Assembly (NCBI GenBank): GCA_964638835.1
Contig: CAZWZB010000002.1
Location: 19,785 to 83,784 of the forward strand
Source: an uncultured Eubacteriales bacterium
Lineage (GTDB): Bacteria; Bacillota; Clostridia; Lachnospirales; CAZQDT01
Length of the DNA: 64,000 bases
Direction: 5' to 3'
This document shows positions 54,834 through 64,000 of the stretch, in pieces. The notes under the pieces are model-generated. The model had not been told where the DNA came from and made no database searches. It worked only from the letters and a program-made list of their open reading frames with translations. Position 1 is the first letter of the stretch; every line of letters starts with the position of its first letter. Position numbers and translations under genes: made by a program.

Positions 54834-55082
54834 TTAACCATTTTTAATTTTATATGTTAGTATTATTGATGCAAATATTAATGTAATAGCATTTGCTATT
54901 CCTATAGCTAATTCACCATTAAAAAAACCATAAAACATCCATATAATTACACCAAGCACAAACATACAATACATACTAAGTGATATACCTTCTGTATTTT
55001 TTGTTTTTATAACCTGCACTGCTTGTGGAATAAATGAGCTGGTAGTGAGAATTGCAGCAACATAACTTAAAATTGTCCACAT
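54834..55082 (-). CDS. SemiSWEET (PQ-loop) sugar transporter
   Basis: 82 aa with three TM helices. 'SFIPQAVQVIKTKNTEGISL' contains the PQ motif. Confidence 0.8.
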   Translation of the reverse strand: MWTILSYVAAILTTSSFIPQAVQVIKTKNTEGISLSMYCMFVLGVIIWMFYGFFNGELAIGIANAITLIFASIILTYKIKNG

Positions 55083-55087
55083 TTAGA

Positions 55088-56569
55088 TTACTTCTCCTTC
55101 TTAAATGTTACCTTTCTTAAAATAGTATTTCCAATAGGTATCATTGCTTTATTTAATTTTTTATCACCATTTTTAAATATACCATCTATACTAACAGAAG
55201 TCCATAAATTTTCATTTAAATTTCTTTTAAACTTAAATGATGATAAATCACTTTGACATATACTTAAATTTTCATATTCCCTGCTTAAAGGCAAATATAC
55301 TTTTTCTGTAAATGGTTTTAAATCAAATTCTTTTGTAACTTTTTCTATATGTTCTATTGGTAAAGCATATAATAATGCTCCTCTTTTTATATATATATCA
55401 CCAACAAAATCCGTATGAAACTGTATATCACATTCAAATTCAATATTAATTACTTCTTTTTGTACCCATTCTTTCTTTATAATATATTCATTTTGATTTT
55501 TATGTAAGTTTACTTTATTTGAATTTATAATTAAACCTTTTGCCCATTTAGGACATCTTATATAAAGTGAAAATATAATTGGTTTAGAAACTTCAATTTC
55601 TAATGATATTTTTTCTTCAAAAGGATAATTCGTTATTTGTTTTATACATATATCTACTTCATTTATAGTATCTTTTAATTCACATTCTCCAAACAAAGCA
55701 ACTTTTATTCCATCTTCCACTTTTAAAAACATAGATTTTATAAAATAAGGTGTAATTCTCCCTGAATTAGGTACGCAACAAACAGCAGCTTCTTGATGTG
55801 TAGGAGAATATTTATACCTTTGGTCGTATTGTTCATCAGGATGCTTTCTTTCATTAGCCTCATAACAATTATCTGTTTTAATGTCTTCTTCGCAAACATT
55901 ATTATTAGAATAATTTTCATATAACCAAACTGCATATTCTATATATTCTTTTTTATTTGTTAGTTCATACAATCTATTAAATACATCTACTATTGAAAGT
56001 CCATGACATTGACCACAAAATGTATTGTTACCACCAAAAGGTTCTTTGTAATTATCCATTAAATCTTTAACTGATTTTTCTATTTTATATAATAAGTCTT
56101 TATTATTTGTAGCTTCATAAATTCCAAGTAGTACACGATATAGCGTAGCTTTAGCCCAAAGCTCTCCATTTTCAGAAGTGAATTTATACCTTAATTCTTT
56201 ATCATAAATACCCAAATATCCATTTTCGTCTTGGGTTTTAAGAATAGAGTTTAAATATTCAGAAACATCTTCACCAAGTAATAATTGGCTTCTACAATAA
56301 GCATCTTTCCAATTAGATTGTGTTTCACTATTCCACCACATATATTGAGATTCTAAATCATTAATATCAGATTCTTCATTTTTTTTTATTCCTAAATCTC
56401 TCGTTGTAGAGTTTAATTTTATTCTATCTTTACCATATATATCATGTTCAGTAATTAATGAAGGTACTAATTTATCTAAGTTACCAATACAACCTTTTAT
56501 ATCTTTTTCCAATATATTTTTTAAAAATCCTTTAGGTTTTATAGCCCCAAATTTTATAATATTATTCAT
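55088..56569 (-). CDS. GH127/DUF1680-like (beta-L-arabinofuranosidase-family-like) protein
   Basis: 'AAVCCVPNSGR' resembles the CCxPN catalytic/zinc motif of GH127. Alpha/alpha-barrel-like helical repeats are present. It is adjacent to a SemiSWEET gene. It is shorter than characterised GH127 enzymes. Confidence 0.4.
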   Translation of the reverse strand: MNNIIKFGAIKPKGFLKNILEKDIKGCIGNLDKLVPSLITEHDIYGKDRIKLNSTTRDLGIKKNEESDINDLESQYMWWNSETQSNWKDAYCRSQLLLGEDVSEYLNSILKTQDENGYLGIYDKELRYKFTSENGELWAKATLYRVLLGIYEATNNKDLLYKIEKSVKDLMDNYKEPFGGNNTFCGQCHGLSIVDVFNRLYELTNKKEYIEYAVWLYENYSNNNVCEEDIKTDNCYEANERKHPDEQYDQRYKYSPTHQEAAVCCVPNSGRITPYFIKSMFLKVEDGIKVALFGECELKDTINEVDICIKQITNYPFEEKISLEIEVSKPIIFSLYIRCPKWAKGLIINSNKVNLHKNQNEYIIKKEWVQKEVINIEFECDIQFHTDFVGDIYIKRGALLYALPIEHIEKVTKEFDLKPFTEKVYLPLSREYENLSICQSDLSSFKFKRNLNENLWTSVSIDGIFKNGDKKLNKAMIPIGNTILRKVTFKKEK

Positions 56570-56687
56570 GTTTTAACTCCTTTATTTTTATTACTTAAAC
56601 GATTAACTTATATTAAGTTTACTACTCTAGTTTAAATCTGTCAAGAGTAAAATTATTGAGAGTAGTTAATTAAAATAGATAAGAAAG

Positions 56688-56963
56688 TATTTTTTAATAT
56701 TCTAAAAATTCGTCAACTTATTTTATTTTATTTAAAATCTTCACTTAACACTGTAATTTTAAAGTTCTAAGGCTATCCATTCCTTTTACACTATTTTTTA
56801 AGTATAAATTTTAATTATTTATTTAAGCCTGAGAATTCATTGTAAAATCAACAAAAATAAAATACTATCATGAGTCAAAATCTCTTTACACTTGCGTTGC
56901 AAGTGTAAAGAGATTTTGAACGTAATTTTATAAAAACCTATCTTTATAATAATCACTCTCAAA
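56688..56963. repeat. Dispersed ~280-nt intergenic repeat, copy C
   Basis: See copies A and B. Hairpin at 56876-56918. Imperfect inverted ends: AAATTATTGAGAGTAGTTA (56650-56668) versus TAATCACTCTCAAATTATT (56949-56967). Confidence 0.85.
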
Positions 56964-57012
56964 TTATTTCATAGCTAATGAATTGAAAATAATTAAGCAA
57001 CGCATAAAATAA

Positions 57013-57034
57013 AAAACCACCCAAAGGTGGTTTT
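57013..57034 (-). terminator. Terminator after the MBL-fold gene
   Basis: AAAACCACC-caaa-GGTGGTTTT. Confidence 0.7.
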
Positions 57035-57036
57035 AA

Positions 57037-57672
57037 TTAATCCCAAAAATTATCTTTTAAACATAGATTATATTTTTTTTCTTTACCTATTGTTGTTACA
57101 TCTCCATGCCCTGAAAATACTTTTGTTTCATTAGGTAATAAAAATAATTTATTTTTTATTGAATTTACTAATTCTTGATAATTACCATATGGAAAATCTG
57201 TACGCCCCATTGAATTCAAAAATAATGTATCTCCTGAAAATAATATATGTTCTTTTTCATAATAATAACAAACTCCACCCGGAGTATGTCCGGGAGTAAA
57301 TATAATTTTTAATACTATATCTCCAAAAGTTAATGTTTCATTTAATAACCTATCTGCTTTTAACTCAAGTTTGTTTTGTGAAAATACACTTGAAAGATTA
57401 TAATTAGAGTTTTCCATTATAATTTGTTCTTTTTCATGTATATATACTGGAATATGCAATTCATTTTTTAGTTGTTCAACTGCTCCTATATGGTCAAAGT
57501 GTCCATGTGTTAAAAGAATTGCTTTAGGTTTAAAATTATTTTTACTTAATTCTTCTAAAATATAAATTTCATTACTTCCGGGGTCTATTATTAAAGCTTC
57601 TTTTGTTATTTCATCTGCAAATATATAACAATTTGTTTCTAAAGCACCTACTACTAAAGTTTTTATTATCAT
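57037..57672 (-). CDS. MBL-fold metallo-hydrolase (glyoxalase II-like)
   Basis: 'THGHFDHIG' and downstream His/Asp ligands ('TPGHTPG', 'SGDTLF', 'GHG'). Confidence 0.85.
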   Translation of the reverse strand: MIIKTLVVGALETNCYIFADEITKEALIIDPGSNEIYILEELSKNNFKPKAILLTHGHFDHIGAVEQLKNELHIPVYIHEKEQIIMENSNYNLSSVFSQNKLELKADRLLNETLTFGDIVLKIIFTPGHTPGGVCYYYEKEHILFSGDTLFLNSMGRTDFPYGNYQELVNSIKNKLFLLPNETKVFSGHGDVTTIGKEKKYNLCLKDNFWD

Positions 57673-57698
57673 TGCAAAACCTCCTGTTTTAATTTATT

Positions 57699-58799
57699 TT
57701 ATGCTCTAAATACTTCAAATAATTTGTTATTTGGTCTATTATATTTTTTATTTACTTTTATTTTTAATTTTTTCATTTTATTATCATAATATATTTTGGT
57801 ATAAAAATCAAACCACATTTTTAATACATTTTCTTTTGAATAAAATTTATGCCCTTTCCAAGAATTATCACAACATTGTTTGTAAAAATCTTTATTATAA
57901 TTTAACTGTTGTAATAAAGTCTTAAATTCATTATTATTTTTTCCTTTTAAATAGAAATCAAATAAAATTTCAGGATATATATCTAAATCTCTAAGTAATA
58001 TAGGAATTTTACAATTCATTGCTTCAAGTATAGTCATTGGAAACAATTCAGAGTATGAGGGAAGAAACATAACATCAGCAATGTTATATAACTCGTTCAT
58101 TTTTTTACGTTCTACTATACCTAAAAATTTTACGTTTTCAGGTGGATTGTCCATAATATCTTTAAAATGTTTATATCCATCTGTTATAAGTCCAAAAGAA
58201 AATCCACCAACCCAAATAAATTGAATATCAGGTAAACTTTTTGCTATTTCTATAAAGTCATGAATCCCTTTTCTGTTTTGTACCTGCCCAACTCCTAATA
58301 CAACAAATTTTTTATCTACACCAAATTTATTTTTGTTTATAATTTTTTGTTCTTTTGTAAATGGATAAAATTTTTCACTTGAAACATAGTTGGGTATATA
58401 AGTTATTTTACTAGTATCTATATTGTACTTTGAAAGTTTTTGAATAAAATAAGGATTTACTGTAACTAAATAATCCATACTTTTGTAAAAATGTATTATA
58501 TAATTGTAAAAATTTTTTTTAGCTATATTAGGTAAATCTAAACTTTCTTCAATAGTTTCTGGTAGAAAATGAACATAACCAACGGTTACACCATTTACTT
58601 TTGAAATAGGTAATCCTATATAATGATTTAAATCTATAGTATGATAGTGCATTATATCACATCTTTCCAAACTGTTTATTTTTATATCAAATGAACCCTT
58701 TAAACCTCCTTTAACTAAATCTACTTGTTCTGTGTATGCTGATGATACTCCTTGACCTTTAATTTTATCAGCAGAAGAAAGCATATTTATAGTTATCAT
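57699..58799 (-). CDS. Family-4 glycosyltransferase (glycolipid-synthase-like)
   Basis: I set the start at the ATG at 58799 (GGGAGG RBS). N-terminal 'INMLSSADKIKGQGVSSAY' and the C-terminal EX7E-type region 'FLPSYSELFPMTILEAM'. Confidence 0.8.
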   Translation of the reverse strand: MITINMLSSADKIKGQGVSSAYTEQVDLVKGGLKGSFDIKINSLERCDIMHYHTIDLNHYIGLPISKVNGVTVGYVHFLPETIEESLDLPNIAKKNFYNYIIHFYKSMDYLVTVNPYFIQKLSKYNIDTSKITYIPNYVSSEKFYPFTKEQKIINKNKFGVDKKFVVLGVGQVQNRKGIHDFIEIAKSLPDIQFIWVGGFSFGLITDGYKHFKDIMDNPPENVKFLGIVERKKMNELYNIADVMFLPSYSELFPMTILEAMNCKIPILLRDLDIYPEILFDFYLKGKNNNEFKTLLQQLNYNKDFYKQCCDNSWKGHKFYSKENVLKMWFDFYTKIYYDNKMKKLKIKVNKKYNRPNNKLFEVFRA

Positions 58800-58926
58800 A
58801 TTAATAATTCCTCCCAAATTTATACTTATTATGATTAAAAAACATTAGTTACATAAATATTATTTAAAAAATAGTATATCCAAATGTATATACTATTAAA
58901 AACCATATAAAAGTTTAAAAATAATA

Positions 58927-58955
58927 TTGAAAAATTTAATATTATATATTATAAT
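58927..58955 (+). promoter_or_regulatory. Consensus-like sigma-A promoter for the large SLH protein gene
   Basis: TTGAAA (58927-58932), 17-nt spacer, TATAAT (58950-58955). Confidence 0.55.
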
Positions 58956-59020
58956 TTTCTTGTATATAAATTACAAATTCATATGTTTTTATATACAAAA
59001 AAATATGAAAGAGGTGTATA

Positions 59021-62000
59021 ATGTATAAGAAATTGTTAAGTATTTTTATTACAATTGTTATGTGTTTGCCTAATTTACCTACAGTTAGCGTATTAGCAAA
59101 TACAGAACAAAGTTGGACCAATGAAGGAACTTATAATACTGAATGGTTCAATGGTAATGGTACTAGTACTGAACCGTATATAATCAGTAATGCTTCTGAT
59201 TTGGCAGGATTATCTGTATTAGTAAACAAAGGAAATGATTTTTCTGGCAAATACATAAGATTAGAAGATGATATAGACTTATCAGGTAAGCAGTGGATGC
59301 CTATAGGTAATTCTAATAACAACTTCAGAGGAATTTTTGATGGAAACAACCACATAATAAAAAATCTCACTATAGGAAGTGAAATAGAAAAAAGTGACAT
59401 TGATTGTGCAGGATTATTTGGTTCTGTAGATAATAGTGAACTTTTAAATATTGGTCTTATAGATTTAGAAATTTTTATTAATGCTGGAAATGTAGGAGGA
59501 CTTGTTGGTGATAATAGTGGAGATATTAAAAACTCATATGCTATAAACACAATAACAGGAACTACAACAGGAGGGCTTGTTGGAAATAATAGTGGTAACA
59601 TATTAAATTCATATGCTATAACTAATATTTCAGGAATTATAACAGGAGGACTTGTTGGAAATAATAGTGGTAATATATTAAATTCATATGCTATAACTAA
59701 TATTTCAGGAACTACTGCTGGTGGATTTGTTGGAAACAATAGTGGTAATATTAAAAACTCATATGCTACTACGAATACTACAAACAACAATGCAAGTGGA
59801 TTTATTAGTAATAATAGTGGTAATATTAAAAATTCATATTGGGATACGGATAAAATATCTACAGGTATATCTACAGGAAATGATAGTGGATTAACTGGAT
59901 TAAATACTAATCAGATGAAAGGTATTGATACAGATAAAACTGATTGGGTTAATATTACTATAGACGAACTTGATAAAGGAGATATTTCTCTTGTTGAAGC
60001 TTTAAATTTAGGATTAGAATCAAAATATTTAGATTGGATGAATGATACTCAAAATACACAACAAGGTTATCCAAAACATTCTAATTTATCTAAAGTGTCA
60101 ATTGAAAGCATTAGCTTAAATGTAACAGAAACACAATTAAGTGTTGGTGAAACTCTAGACTTAGAAGCTATCATCTTACCTTACAATGCTACTAATAAAT
60201 TAATTAACTGGAGTGTAGATACTGAAGGTGTAGTGGATATTGTTTATAACAATTCAAATGATACATATGCAAAAATATCTGCAATACAAGAAGGCACTGC
60301 TATTGTTACAGCAACCACACAAGATAACAATTTAACTGCTTCTTGCAAAATTACAGTTAATTCTGAATTGCAATCTTCTTTTACAGTAACTTATGATTCT
60401 AATGGTGGTATTGGTGATATTCAAAGTGTTCAAGTAAAAGAAAATGCAAAAATTACAATAAAACAAAACTCCTTTGAAAAAGATGGTTATAAATTTATAG
60501 GATGGTTATATGATGGTAAAGTTTATCAACCAAATGAAACTATAGCTGTAAATTCAGATATAACTTTCATTGCTCAATGGGGAATACCAGTAACAAGTAT
60601 AACTTTAGATATAAGAAAAATTCAATTAAATGTTGGTGAAATCTTAAATTTAGAAGCAATTATATCACCTATAAATGCTACTAATACTAATGTTTTATGG
60701 AATGTAAAAGATTCAAGTATTGTAAACATAGTATCTAATAAATTACAAACAACTGTTACTGGAATTTCAGAAGGCACTACTACTATTACAGCTAAAACAG
60801 AAGATGGTAATTTTATAGCTTCTTGTCAAATAACAGTTGTGAAAAATAGTGGTCCTAAAGATAGATATTCTGTTACTTATGAAGGTGATGGCGGTACAGG
60901 AAGTAACTTCCCGGTACAATATTTTAAAACAGGAACCAAAATTAAATTAAAAACAAATCACTTTACAAAACCGGGATATAAATTTGTAGGATGGTTATAT
61001 AATGGCAAAATTTATCAACCTAAAGATGTTTTCACTGTAGAATCTGATACAATTTTTGTGGCTAAGTGGGAAGAACTTACTACTCCAGAAAAACCGGTTG
61101 AAACAAAAGTTAAAGGCGTAAATTTAAGTATAATAAAAGTTGTTTTAGGTATAGGAGAAGAATTAGACTTAGATGCGATTATTTCACCTAATACTGCTGT
61201 TAATAAAAATGTAGTATGGTCTAATAGTAATTCAAGTGTAGTAGATATTGTATATGATACAGTTTCTGATTCTGTATATGGTTCTGTATATAACGCTGTA
61301 TATTCAAAAATAACAGGTCTTTCTGTAGGTACTGCTAAAATTACAGTTACTACTGAAGATGGTGGATTTACTGCTTCTTGTGATGTAGAAGTTGTAAATG
61401 ATTCAAATGGTAATGGAAATGGCAATAGATTTGTAGTATCATATGATGCTAATGGTGGTATTGGAACTGCTCCAAATACTAAACCTTTGAGAGCTGGTAC
61501 TATAATTACAATAAGACCTAATCCATTTATAAAATATGGTTATTATTTTGATAAGTGGTTATACAATAATCAATCTTATCTACCTTTACAACCGTTTGAA
61601 ATAACATCAGATGCTACTTTTACTGCTCAATGGAGTGAAGTTCCACCTGCAAGAGTAGAAGATGTAGAACTAGATTTAGTTGAAATTAGATTAGATGTTA
61701 ATGAAATGATAGAATTAGAAGCAACTATTTATCCTTATTATGCTGCTAATAAAAATGTTTCTTGGTCTTCTAGTAATGATGGTATAGTAAATTTAGTTCC
61801 TAGTAAACAAGGAGTAATAATAACTGGAATGAAAGAAGGTACTACTACAATTACAGTTACAACTGAAGATGGTGGATTTATTGCTTCTTGTGATGTAGTA
61901 GTTGAAAATACACAAGCTGAAGATAAATTTACAGTATCATATGATGGTAATGGTGGTATTGGAACTGTTCCAAATGTTCAAACTTTAAAGAGCGGAACTG

Positions 62001-63808
62001 AAATTACAGTAAAACCTAATCCATTTACAAAAGATGGTTATGTATTTGCAGGATGGTTATATGATAATAAAATTTATCAACCTAACCAAACTATAGTGGT
62101 ACAAAAAGATATAACATTCATTGCTCAATGGCGTGGAGAATTTGATACACCAGTAACAGATGTAAATTTAAGTGTGGCAGAGATTAAATTAAAAGTGGGC
62201 GAAAGTGCAAACTTAGAAGCTATTATTTCTCCTGATAATGCTACAAATAAAACTGTATTCTGGAGTGTAGATGATTCAAACGTTGCAGGTATTGTTTATA
62301 AGGATAATGTATATGTAACTATATCTGCTATTTCAGAAGGTATTACAACAATAATGGTTACAACTGAAGATGGATACCTTACAGCTTCTTGTAACATTAT
62401 AGTTGATAATAATAATGAAGATGATAACTTTACAGTAACTTATGATGCTAATGGTGGTATTGGAGATGCTATTGAAATTGAAAAATTTAAAGATGGAACT
62501 GAAATTACAGTAAAATCAAATCCATTTAGAAAATATGGTTATAGATTTTCAGGATGGTTATATGATGGTAAAATTTATCAACCTAACCAAACTGTAATTA
62601 TAGATAAAAATATAACTTTTGTTGCTCAATGGAAAGTTATTGATGATGAAGGTTCTAATAATGGAAATAATTCAAATTCTAATAATAATGAATCTAAAAA
62701 AGATAAAACTTTATATATTACAATAGGTAGTATAACAATTCCTTATACTATATCTGGTGTTAATATAAAAATTGAAATTAATGATGAACTTTTAGAAAAA
62801 TTATTAGAAAATGCAAAAGAAACTAATACTATTTTAATTGATTTATCAAATATAGATGGTATTAAAAATATTAAGCATATCAGTTTTAAAACTAAAGGTA
62901 AATTATTTAAAGATAATAAAGTAATAGTAAAAGGTATTAGTACTGTAACAGTAGGTTCTAGTATGTTTAAAAATTTAAATTTAGATTCAACTGATATTAT
63001 AGAAATGTCAATAGCAAAGGGAAGTATTTCTGTAGATTTTAAAGTTAATGAAAAAGATATAACAAGTAATAAGCATATAGATTCATTGAAAGTTAACTAT
63101 GAAGTTAATGATATAACAGATAATACTGTAATAGTTAAGCTAGAAGATAATAAACAAACTATAGTACCATTTAGTATAGCTAGTGAAGATGAAATGATAT
63201 TTAAAACAGAATTATTAGGAAGATTTGAAGCAGTGGAAAGAGCATTTAATTTTTCTGATATATCATCACATTGGGGAGAAAAGTATATCAATTTCATGGC
63301 AGCTAGAAACATAGTACATGGAAAAGAAAATAATGTTTTCAAACCAGATGATAATATAACAAGAGCAGAATTTGTAACATTACTTTTTGGGTTCTATGGA
63401 ATAGATGACAAAGAACTTGATAAGTATAAATATACAAGTTTTAAAGACGTTAAAGAAGATGATTGGTTTGCACCATATATAAATTTTGCAGTGCAAAACA
63501 AAATAGCAACTGGAACGGGAGATAATTATTTCTCACCAAATGAACAAATTACAAGGGAACAAATGGCAACAATGCTTTTAAACTTTTCACAAAACAATAG
63601 CTTTGTTATAACAACAAATGGAACTAATAAATCATTTGCAGATAGCAATAATATAAGTTATTGGGCAACAAACGCAGTAAATACTATGCAAAATGCAAAT
63701 ATAATAAGTGGAAGAGCAGATAATATATTTGAACCAAAATCATTGGCAACAAGAGCAGAAGCGTGTTCTATTGTTCAAAGATTTGTAGAAAATATAGTAT
63801 CAAATTAA
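59021..63808 (+). CDS. 1595-aa cell-surface protein: signal peptide, GLUG repeats, 5 x (Big_2 + InlB-B/Listeria-Bacteroides repeat) modules, 3 x SLH
   Basis: Signal peptide 'LSIFITIVMCLPNLPTVSVLA'. 'GGLVGNNSGNI.NSYA' occurs five times. 'L.VGE.L.LEAII.P.NATN..V.W' Big_2 units alternate with 'Y..NGG.G....(K/R).G..I.....F.K.GY.F.GWLY....YQP....V....TF.AQW'. Three canonical SLH modules lie at the C-terminus. Confidence 0.85.
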   Translation: MYKKLLSIFITIVMCLPNLPTVSVLANTEQSWTNEGTYNTEWFNGNGTSTEPYIISNASDLAGLSVLVNKGNDFSGKYIRLEDDIDLSGKQWMPIGNSNNNFRGIFDGNNHIIKNLTIGSEIEKSDIDCAGLFGSVDNSELLNIGLIDLEIFINAGNVGGLVGDNSGDIKNSYAINTITGTTTGGLVGNNSGNILNSYAITNISGIITGGLVGNNSGNILNSYAITNISGTTAGGFVGNNSGNIKNSYATTNTTNNNASGFISNNSGNIKNSYWDTDKISTGISTGNDSGLTGLNTNQMKGIDTDKTDWVNITIDELDKGDISLVEALNLGLESKYLDWMNDTQNTQQGYPKHSNLSKVSIESISLNVTETQLSVGETLDLEAIILPYNATNKLINWSVDTEGVVDIVYNNSNDTYAKISAIQEGTAIVTATTQDNNLTASCKITVNSELQSSFTVTYDSNGGIGDIQSVQVKENAKITIKQNSFEKDGYKFIGWLYDGKVYQPNETIAVNSDITFIAQWGIPVTSITLDIRKIQLNVGEILNLEAIISPINATNTNVLWNVKDSSIVNIVSNKLQTTVTGISEGTTTITAKTEDGNFIASCQITVVKNSGPKDRYSVTYEGDGGTGSNFPVQYFKTGTKIKLKTNHFTKPGYKFVGWLYNGKIYQPKDVFTVESDTIFVAKWEELTTPEKPVETKVKGVNLSIIKVVLGIGEELDLDAIISPNTAVNKNVVWSNSNSSVVDIVYDTVSDSVYGSVYNAVYSKITGLSVGTAKITVTTEDGGFTASCDVEVVNDSNGNGNGNRFVVSYDANGGIGTAPNTKPLRAGTIITIRPNPFIKYGYYFDKWLYNNQSYLPLQPFEITSDATFTAQWSEVPPARVEDVELDLVEIRLDVNEMIELEATIYPYYAANKNVSWSSSNDGIVNLVPSKQGVIITGMKEGTTTITVTTEDGGFIASCDVVVENTQAEDKFTVSYDGNGGIGTVPNVQTLKSGTEITVKPNPFTKDGYVFAGWLYDNKIYQPNQTIVVQKDITFIAQWRGEFDTPVTDVNLSVAEIKLKVGESANLEAIISPDNATNKTVFWSVDDSNVAGIVYKDNVYVTISAISEGITTIMVTTEDGYLTASCNIIVDNNNEDDNFTVTYDANGGIGDAIEIEKFKDGTEITVKSNPFRKYGYRFSGWLYDGKIYQPNQTVIIDKNITFVAQWKVIDDEGSNNGNNSNSNNNESKKDKTLYITIGSITIPYTISGVNIKIEINDELLEKLLENAKETNTILIDLSNIDGIKNIKHISFKTKGKLFKDNKVIVKGISTVTVGSSMFKNLNLDSTDIIEMSIAKGSISVDFKVNEKDITSNKHIDSLKVNYEVNDITDNTVIVKLEDNKQTIVPFSIASEDEMIFKTELLGRFEAVERAFNFSDISSHWGEKYINFMAARNIVHGKENNVFKPDDNITRAEFVTLLFGFYGIDDKELDKYKYTSFKDVKEDDWFAPYINFAVQNKIATGTGDNYFSPNEQITREQMATMLLNFSQNNSFVITTNGTNKSFADSNNISYWATNAVNTMQNANIISGRADNIFEPKSLATRAEACSIVQRFVENIVSN
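59495..59845 (+). repeat. 75-nt tandem coding repeats (GLUG units), about 5 copies
   Basis: Two central units are nearly identical at the DNA level (59566-59715). Confidence 0.85.
60095..62636 (+). repeat. Five tandem ~510-nt coding modules (Big_2 + B-repeat)
   Basis: Periodic recurrence of the 'ATNxxVxW ... TTEDG.F.ASC...V' and 'GWLYDGK.YQPN' blocks. Confidence 0.8.
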
Positions 63809-63840
63809 AAAAAAGAGCAGATTCTATCTGCTCTTTTTTT
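63807..63840 (+). terminator. Terminator after the SLH protein gene
   Basis: AAAAAAGAGCAGAT-tct-ATCTGCTCTTTTTTT. Confidence 0.8.
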
Positions 63841-64000
63841 ATGAAAAAAACTTTCTTAGTTTATATTTGATTAACTATTATCAAAAAATTAAATAATAGT
63901 TGCTTAAATAAATTTGTTATGTTAGATTATAATTAGTTTTGAATTTATACTCAATAAACTTTAAAAAAGTGTACTGAATGTGAATTTAAAGTTAACTAAG

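Noticed and set aside
59131-59790. 219-aa reverse-strand ORF inside the SLH protein gene. Similar antisense ORFs lie at 61015-61425 and 63097-63342.
   Set aside because: These are shadow ORFs on the antisense strand of a strongly supported repetitive coding region. Their low-complexity P/L/F-rich translations mirror the GLUG repeats, and they have no RBS.

Overview
This is a very AT-rich, Gram-positive (Clostridia/Tissierellia-like) chromosomal segment. I found no rRNA, tRNA, CRISPR array, integrase or prophage. Conserved housekeeping blocks: abrB, spmAB, ybeY-cdd-era-yqzL-recO, copA-csoR, gdhA, an Rrf2-cooS-cooF-oxidoreductase CO dehydrogenase cluster, galM, hemC-cobA/hemD, ydcC-alr-mazF and rlmH. 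Three accessory regions stand out. (1) About 21.0-32.6 kb is a Ter-type stress/defence island. It has five TerD-domain paralogues (three are a tandem promoter+gene triplication) and an AIM24/TIGR00266 gene. An Rpn-type PD-(D/E)XK nuclease gene with a decayed copy of its own 3' end follows. Then comes a tightly packed operon: HpcH-like lyase, ATP-grasp, two PRTase-type proteins, an exported repeat protein and a HAD phosphatase. This matches the Ter-linked 'nucleoside-like metabolite' module, which has been predicted computationally but never characterised. No TerB, TerC or TelA lies in the window, and a Ca2+-type P-ATPase sits directly upstream. (2) 38.7-43.2 kb is an uncharacterised minus-strand operon of two ~500-aa all-TPR paralogues plus a small classical-clade AAA ATPase with a Vps4/CDC48-like layout. 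(3) Two large cell-surface proteins: a lipoprotein zincin with a 4xCxxC insert, and a 1595-aa GLUG/Big_2/InlB-B-repeat/SLH protein. Non-coding structure is also notable: a ~280-nt dispersed repeat in three copies, a family of CACTT...AAGTG hairpins, two GC-rich palindromes, and hairpin+AAAATTCAA motifs bracketing the terD array. All calls come from reading the ORF translations and the DNA by eye; no database search was possible.
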